Source: Acaryochloris marina S15 (GTDB lineage: Bacteria > Cyanobacteriota > Cyanobacteriia > Thermosynechococcales > Thermosynechococcaceae). Taken from it: a stretch of 32,000 nucleotides of DNA. Shown here one piece after another: positions 26,641 to 32,000 of the stretch. Every line of letters starts with the position of its first letter. Within the stretch, counting starts at the first letter, position 1. Below the pieces are notes generated by a model. It had not been told where the DNA came from and did no database searches. It was given only the letters and a program-made list of their open reading frames with translations. The stretch is from NCBI RefSeq assembly GCF_018336915.1, contig NZ_CP064925.1, forward strand, positions 266,053-298,052, read 5' to 3'. Position numbers and translations under genes: made by a program.

Positions 26641-26830
26641 GGAGTTCGCAAAGCGGCTCTATCGATTGCTTCTAAAAATATGCTGGCCTGGTTTCAGGCA
26701 GATGTAGTATTGAGCCTCGTATGATGAGTCAGGATGCTCTTTAAATCTCCTTCATTGACCTAACATTTGTCTTTATAATTAAGCACCCAACTATTGATCA
26801 ATTTAATGTCTAAGTTGTAAGAGTTAGCTA

Positions 26831-27112
26831 ATGACTGAATCATGTTTACCAGATCCTAAAACTCCACTATATAATCACCCTCTCCCCCAAATTGAGCAGT
26901 GGCTTCACAAGCTTGGATGTCACCAAGATTCTCAGGATTTGCATCTTTGGCGTGTTGAGCGTGATCAGTGGAAGGCAGAAATATGGCTAGATATTGAGGA
27001 GTTGTCTGTTTTGTATGTGCCGGCGGCTTCCACTGAACGTGATATTCAACGAACTTTTAAGTATTCTTTAAGTCGCCAAGATATTGAAGATGCAGTGTTC
27101 TCAGGTCCTTAG
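26831..27112 (+). CDS. Conserved cyanobacterial/plastid-lineage small protein (DUF3143-like)
   Basis: 93 aa with LYNHPLPQIEQWL...FKYSLSRQDIEDAVFSGP, a pattern I recognise as DUF3143. Function unknown. Confidence 0.6.
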   Translation: MTESCLPDPKTPLYNHPLPQIEQWLHKLGCHQDSQDLHLWRVERDQWKAEIWLDIEELSVLYVPAASTERDIQRTFKYSLSRQDIEDAVFSGP

Positions 27113-27174
27113 CGAGTACTATTCCTTGCCTAATTATTGATTTGTGCAAAAAACATGTAATTTTTATTGAATAA

Positions 27175-27926
27175 TTAGTTGACCTTGCCAAATCTTCTAT
27201 GCCTATCTTGGAAATCTCTGAGTGCTTGATGGAACTCATCCCGATCGAAATCTGGCCATAAGGTTTTGGTAACGTAGAGCTCAGCATAGGCCATTTGCCA
27301 CAAGAGAAAGTTACTCACCCGCATTTCTCCGCTGGTTCGAATTAACAGGTCTGGATCAATGATTCCAGCTGTATAAAGATGCCGTTCAAATAAACTTCAT
27401 CAATATCATCTAGATGGATTTGATTATGTTGAACTTTAGAAGCAATGTCGCGGCATGCTTGGATAATTTCTCTACGACCTCCGTAATTAGTGGCGATGAT
27501 AAATTTGATGGTGTGATTATCTTTGGTCGCAGCCATAGCCCGCTGTATTTCTGTTTGTAGTGTCAACGGTAAAGCTTCTAAATCACCGACAAAGTGTATT
27601 TGCACGCCTTCATCGATCATCTCTTGTAGTTCGCGACGTAAAACCCTCTCAAATAGCATCATCAAGAATTCCACTTCGTCAAGAGGACGTCCCCAATTCT
27701 CTGTGGAAAAAGCATATGCTGTGAGTGCTTGTACGCCCCAATCTTTACAACAGCGGAGAAGAGACTTAAGGGTATCTACCCCACGACGATGTCCGATAAT
27801 GCGGGGTAATCCTCTCTGCTTGGCCCATCGTCCATTACCATCCATGATGACGGCGACATGTTTAGGTAGTCGCTGAACATCTAAATCTGAAGGGAGTTGC
27901 TTTGGAAGGCTTGAATTTAATGTCAT
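27175..27926 (-). pseudogene. uppS: Undecaprenyl-diphosphate synthase UppS, with one frame break before the C-terminal catalytic segment
   Basis: [13 protein letters not shown] and FSTENWGRP are in ORF 27342-27926. The C-terminal [42 protein letters not shown]...HRRFG is intact but in another frame down to the stop at 27175-27177. The break is at the short run at about 27396-27397 (GATGAAGTT, expected GATGAAAGT). Confidence 0.92.
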
Positions 27927-28837
27927 ATATTCTTGCGAGATTTGAGCAATGGGAATATGAGAGAAAGCAAAGAAAAGACTTGTTTTCTGATTTTCCTGCC
28001 TAAACTTCTCAAGCTTGGGGTAACAACTTCTCTATCCACAGATAAGATTAATCGATCAGCCAACAATTCCCTCAACTTACTGCTGGTTAAAGGGCGTCTA
28101 AGTATACCTTGTTCTGCTAATGAGATAGATCCAGTTTCTTCAGAAACAACGATGCATACACAGTTGTCAACCCGTTCGGTGATCCCCATCGCAGCACGAT
28201 GTCGAGTACCGAGTTGGCGAGATGCGGTCTGCTCGGAAATAGGTAGAATAACGCCAGCTGATATGATTCGATCGCCTCGGATTAATAGGGCACCATCGTG
28301 TAATAAGGTGGTTGTCTGAAAGATGGTTTGGATTATCTCCCGAGAAATTTCTGCACTTAACTTAATTCCTGGCACTGAAAAGTCTCGTTCATCAATCGGA
28401 ATATTTCGAGTTTCAATGATGAGTAAAGCACCCGTCCGATTTTGGGAGAGTTCTTTTATTGCGTCGACAATTTCATCAATGATGTTATCGGGATTTTGGG
28501 TGACCTGCTGTGCAGGACGTAGCATTTTTAACAGTTCGCCTCTCCCCAATTGCTCCAGAAAGCGTCGGACTTCTGACTGAAGAATGACGGCCATGGCTAC
28601 CGCAGAGCCAATGAGTAAGAAGGTGAGTAACTGATTGAGGTAATTGAATTGCAGTAGCTTGCTAGCAACGGTTGCTAGAACGAGAAAAACGACACCTCTT
28701 ACCATCCATAGGGTTCGCCGCTCAGCAATGACGAGAAGCAGCATATAAGTTAAAGCTAAAGCAAGGCTGATATCAATTAAGGAACGGAAGGTCTGAACCC
28801 AGTCATGGTTTATCAGCCATTCCTTAACCCCGTCCAT
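27923..28837 (-). CDS. cdaA: Membrane-anchored diadenylate cyclase CdaA (c-di-AMP synthase)
   Basis: Three N-terminal TM helices plus a DAC domain ([34 protein letters not shown]). The stop overlaps the uppS start (ATGA at 27923-27926). Confidence 0.92.
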   Translation of the reverse strand: MDGVKEWLINHDWVQTFRSLIDISLALALTYMLLLVIAERRTLWMVRGVVFLVLATVASKLLQFNYLNQLLTFLLIGSAVAMAVILQSEVRRFLEQLGRGELLKMLRPAQQVTQNPDNIIDEIVDAIKELSQNRTGALLIIETRNIPIDERDFSVPGIKLSAEISREIIQTIFQTTTLLHDGALLIRGDRIISAGVILPISEQTASRQLGTRHRAAMGITERVDNCVCIVVSEETGSISLAEQGILRRPLTSSKLRELLADRLILSVDREVVTPSLRSLGRKIRKQVFSLLSLIFPLLKSRKNI

Positions 28838-28947
28838 GCCTTTGGCCTAACCTTCTCGTATACCTATGTCAGTTTAGCGTTATCAGTAATCAGTGCAATA
28901 TTAGTAAATAGAGGGCAAGCTTGGTTATCGCTATGAAATTTAACCAG

Positions 28948-30285
28948 CTATTGCTCTAAATGCCTTGGCAGACAATCTTGACGAATGAGGTCTTGAAAAG
29001 TTTCTCTTTTAAGAATTAAGCTTGCGTCTCCGTCCTGCACAAGTACAGCAGCAGGTCGGGATATTCGATTGTAATTGGATGCCATGCTGTAATTGTATGC
29101 TCCGGTTCCCATTACGACCAGAACATCACCGGGTTGGCTGGGGGGGAGAGCGATATCTTTTAGTAAAATGTCCCCGGATTCACAATGTTTACCTGCGATG
29201 GTAACGATCTCTGTGGCGGAAGAATCCATGTGGTTGGCAATGGCAGCACTGTAAACAGATTGGTATGTAATGGGGCGGGGGTTATCAGACATTCCACCAT
29301 CTACAGAAAGGTAGGTACGAATATCGGGAATGTTCTTTTTGGCTCCAACTTTGTAAGCAGTAATGCAGGATGTACCTACTAGAGAGCGTCCTGGCTCGCA
29401 GAGTAGCTTCGGGAATGGGATATTGGCTGTCTTACAGGCTTGCGAAATGCCGTTGCAGACGATCTCTGACCATTGAGTGATGCTGGGAGGGTCATCTGAC
29501 TCAACATAACGAATACCTAGACCGCCGCCAATGTTGAGTTCGTCCATGGGTAGGCCTAGAGCCTGTGCTTTGGCTAACCACTCGACAATGACGCTGGTTA
29601 GATCTTGATGAGGTTGCAGCTCGAAGATTTGAGACCCCGATATGAGCATGAAAGCCAACCCAAGCGATTTGAGGGGTTTCTGAGCAAAAGACAAGACCTG
29701 ATCAATTTGATTGGGGTCGAAACCGAATTTACTATCTAGATGTCCCGTTCGAATATATTCATGGGTATGACATTCAATGCCAGGTGTGATTCTTAGCATG
29801 ACCCGGGGAGGGTTTGGCAGGGTGTCGATTGAGGAAAGAAGCTCTGTAAGTTGCTCTAGTTCGAGCCAGTTGTCCGCAATGATGGTACAGCCACATGACA
29901 GGGCCATTTCTAGTTCAGTAACTGATTTGTTATTGCCGTGAAAATAGATAGTTTCAGGATCTACGCCTGCTTGTAAGGCGGTGTACAGTTCACCCCCTGA
30001 TACCACATCTAGTCCTAAACCCTCTTTAGCCACTAGTGCAGAGATAGCCATGCAGCTCCAGGCTTTGGAGGCGTAGAGGATTTGGGATGGACCAGGATAG
30101 AATTTTTGAAATGCGAGACGATACTGTTGGCAGGCAGTCCTCAGGGTCAGTTCATCTACGATGTATAAAGGAGAGCCAAATTGCTTAACGAGTTCGGTAA
30201 CAAAGCATCCACCAATTACCATCTGTCCTGCTTTATCGATTTCGGCAGATAGTGGAAGTATTTGCTGGTTGGGGGAGGTCTCCAT
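28948..30285 (-). CDS. lysA: Diaminopimelate decarboxylase LysA. The ORF is open, but it contains a local -1/+1 frame excursion across the HxHxGSQ motif.
   Basis: 445 aa with YASKAW (PLP lysine), GGGLGI, HCESGD and GAYNYSMASNYN. At 29636-29656 the encoded AFMLISGSQIFE becomes the canonical GFHAHIGSQIFE if one G is moved between two G-runs. Confidence 0.92.
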   Translation of the reverse strand: METSPNQQILPLSAEIDKAGQMVIGGCFVTELVKQFGSPLYIVDELTLRTACQQYRLAFQKFYPGPSQILYASKAWSCMAISALVAKEGLGLDVVSGGELYTALQAGVDPETIYFHGNNKSVTELEMALSCGCTIIADNWLELEQLTELLSSIDTLPNPPRVMLRITPGIECHTHEYIRTGHLDSKFGFDPNQIDQVLSFAQKPLKSLGLAFMLISGSQIFELQPHQDLTSVIVEWLAKAQALGLPMDELNIGGGLGIRYVESDDPPSITQWSEIVCNGISQACKTANIPFPKLLCEPGRSLVGTSCITAYKVGAKKNIPDIRTYLSVDGGMSDNPRPITYQSVYSAAIANHMDSSATEIVTIAGKHCESGDILLKDIALPPSQPGDVLVVMGTGAYNYSMASNYNRISRPAAVLVQDGDASLILKRETFQDLIRQDCLPRHLEQ

Positions 30286-30488
30286 TATTGGAGTGGATGA
30301 GCTGATACTTGGTGGTTGGAGGGATTACCATAAACTGACCGGAATGGGCTTAGATTTTGTCAGGGTAGGATTAAACTCGGCAGGAGCCATCAGAGAATCT
30401 TATCATATTCAGCTGTCCCTATTGCCGTGTCTGCTGCAGGGTTCAGATTATGGAAAAGCACTGAGTACGATGTTAGCAGTATGGTCTC

Positions 30489-31310
30489 TCATGAATTTAA
30501 TGTAGCTTTCTGACTTTCTAATCTTGTTTGAATAGATTCAGGGATATTTGGCAGGAAATCATAACCCGTTTCTTGTTCTAAATGATCGACGGTGACGATG
30601 TACCGTTGCCATTCATGGGATTTAATGCCTTGCTTATTGGGGATATCGACGGCGATCACTGGAGTATTGGCAGAAATACCGTTTATACCTAATGTGGGTC
30701 TCATCCATGACGACGATAATTTTCCCAAAGATTTTGGGGAGGAATGACTTTCCCTTTTGCGATCGCAGCTCGTTTCCCATATCCTCCCGCAATAATAAAC
30801 AGTTCTTTGCCTTCATCCACTAAATCCCGACAGTGGTTTTCGAGGTCAACCCATGGCCCTCGGTTGTTATCTGGCCGCTGAGGAACAATATTGGTCATGA
30901 CGAAGGTCGCAGAATGTTGACTTCTGAATTGGTTCGGATCGCCAGAAGGGGTCATATGCCCTCGGTCATAGCCACTCCGGGTATAGTCTCTCGCATCCAC
31001 TTTCTCCCATTTTGGCGGTAAGCTTTGATCCGCTCGAAAATCGTTGCGACGTTCGACATCTCCTAACCAAGTTTGATCGAGCTGCCAACTCACCCAGTTG
31101 GGAATTCCCTTGCTGCGGTTGTAGGAAAGGGCAAATTGAGGCTTTTTCATCAAATAGTTATTACTGTCGGCTAAGACGACTCTGGCTTGACTAGGATTGC
31201 CAAGGGCTAGATGGTCAACATTGGATTGGGTGAATATTGAGAAGAAGCTTACATCCGGTCAAGAGTGAAAAACATAGGAATACCGTGATCGGTAGATGCG
31301 ATCGCATCAT
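30489..31310 (-). pseudogene. NucA-like DNA/RNA non-specific endonuclease with a lipoprotein signal peptide, and three frame breaks
   Basis: ORF 30701-31153 carries NWVSWQL...YDRGHMTPSGD...TFVMTNIVPQ (the DRGH active site). The C-terminal PVIAVDIPNKQG...TVDHLEQETGYDFLPNIPESIQ is in ORF 30489-30728, after a short third-frame piece (KIIVVMDE). The signal peptide MMRSHLPITVFLCFSLLTGC (from 31310) is in yet another frame. Confidence 0.85.
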
Positions 31311-31457
31311 CAATCCCGCAATTTTCCTTGCCAGACTAACAGGGAGTAATTTGAAAAGCCGTATCACTATTTCTCAATCCACTATTGAATTCAACAGTTG
31401 CATCCGGTCCATATTATTGAGCAATTCTTTGACAATCAGCCATAGAAGGTTGAGGGA

Positions 31458-31988
31458 CTACTGAGCTGACTGCTTTAACTCTGTCATCGTAAATAGAGGA
31501 TGGAGTGTTAAACCTTCAGCCGCCAGATTGGCTTGTCCACCCGCTTCGCGATCAATGACACACATGACATCCGTCACCGTAGCACCTAGGGATCGCAAGT
31601 CTTGGGCTGAAAGCTTGATCTGTCCGCCAGACGTCACCACATCTTCAATGATGACGAGCCGTTTTCCCTGAATCTCTCCTCCCTCAGCTAGTTTGCAGGT
31701 ACCATAAGGCTTAGCCTTTTTTCTGACGAAGAGGGAAGGATATCCGCTGATTTGAGATAACATGGCCACGATGGGAATGCCGCCCATTTCCAAACCTGCT
31801 AGAGCATCAACAGGGGTAGGAATCATCGTTGCGAGATATTCAGCAATGGCTTTCAATAAAGTTGGATTTGCTTCAAATAAATATTTGTCAAAATATTCAT
31901 GGCTGACTTGCCCCGATCGCAGTAAAAACTCACCTGTAATATGAGACGTGTCATAAATCGCTTTTGTCAGGTCTGCTTTGTTCATCAA
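31458..31988 (-). CDS. pyrE: Orotate phosphoribosyltransferase
   Basis: 176 aa with a PRTase signature (LVIIEDVVTSGGQ) and PyrE-type N-terminal pattern (GEFLLRSGQVSHEYFD). Confidence 0.88.
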   Translation of the reverse strand: MMNKADLTKAIYDTSHITGEFLLRSGQVSHEYFDKYLFEANPTLLKAIAEYLATMIPTPVDALAGLEMGGIPIVAMLSQISGYPSLFVRKKAKPYGTCKLAEGGEIQGKRLVIIEDVVTSGGQIKLSAQDLRSLGATVTDVMCVIDREAGGQANLAAEGLTLHPLFTMTELKQSAQ

Positions 31989-32000
31989 AATTCGTGGAAA

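Noticed and set aside
27057-27287. 76-aa minus-strand ORF between DUF3143 and uppS
   Set aside because: It overlaps the genuine, conserved C-terminal coding segment of uppS in a different frame and runs into the DUF3143 gene. The uppS-frame translation is the meaningful one.
30161-30505. 114-aa plus-strand ORF spanning the lysA 5' end and the lysA/nuclease gap
   Set aside because: It is antisense to lysA for half its length and has no recognisable features. It is likely spurious.

Overview
This is a cyanobacterial chromosomal window. The evidence is four HIP1 octamers GCGATCGC (4442, 22107, 30759, 31298), sbtA/sbtB, a DUF3143-type protein and a pentapeptide-repeat protein.

Layout:
(1) 1-4.8 kb, minus strand: an inorganic-carbon/sodium-cycle array, sbtA-sbtB-nhaS3-like-mrpC-mrpD. 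An NdhR/CcmR-type palindrome overlaps the predicted sbtA promoter.
(2) 6.2-19.7 kb: a dense c-di-GMP and two-component island. It holds three paralogous REC-fronted proteins: REC-GGDEF-EAL (intact motifs), REC-GGDEF*-EAL* (degenerate, FimX/PopA-like) and REC-GGDEF. It also holds a small CRP-like HTH protein, an FHA-PAS histidine kinase, a pentapeptide protein, a REC-GGDQF protein and a hybrid histidine kinase.
(3) 20.4-22.0 kb: a decayed transposase-like gene, wedged between a truncated PAS gene and an N-terminally truncated pilB.
(4) 22.0-26.0 kb: pilB-pilT-pilC.
(5) 26-32 kb: housekeeping genes, namely a DnaJ-like protein, DUF3143, the lysA-cdaA-uppS operon, a NucA-like nuclease and pyrE.

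The dominant unexplained signal is more than 25 reading-frame breaks between 12.5 and 31.3 kb. Most of those I resolved to the base are 1-nt length changes in short homopolymers. The roughly 9 kb of coding sequence before 12.5 kb has none, apart from a decayed M23 remnant.

The breaks hit all three pilus genes and both sensor kinases. They also hit the normally essential uppS and lysA. So basecalling artefact and genuine gene decay both remain possible, and read-level data are needed to decide.

The most interesting candidate system is the REC-gated make/break/sense c-di-GMP triad, its embedded CRP-like regulator and the neighbouring kinase, lying about 10 kb from the pilus genes.
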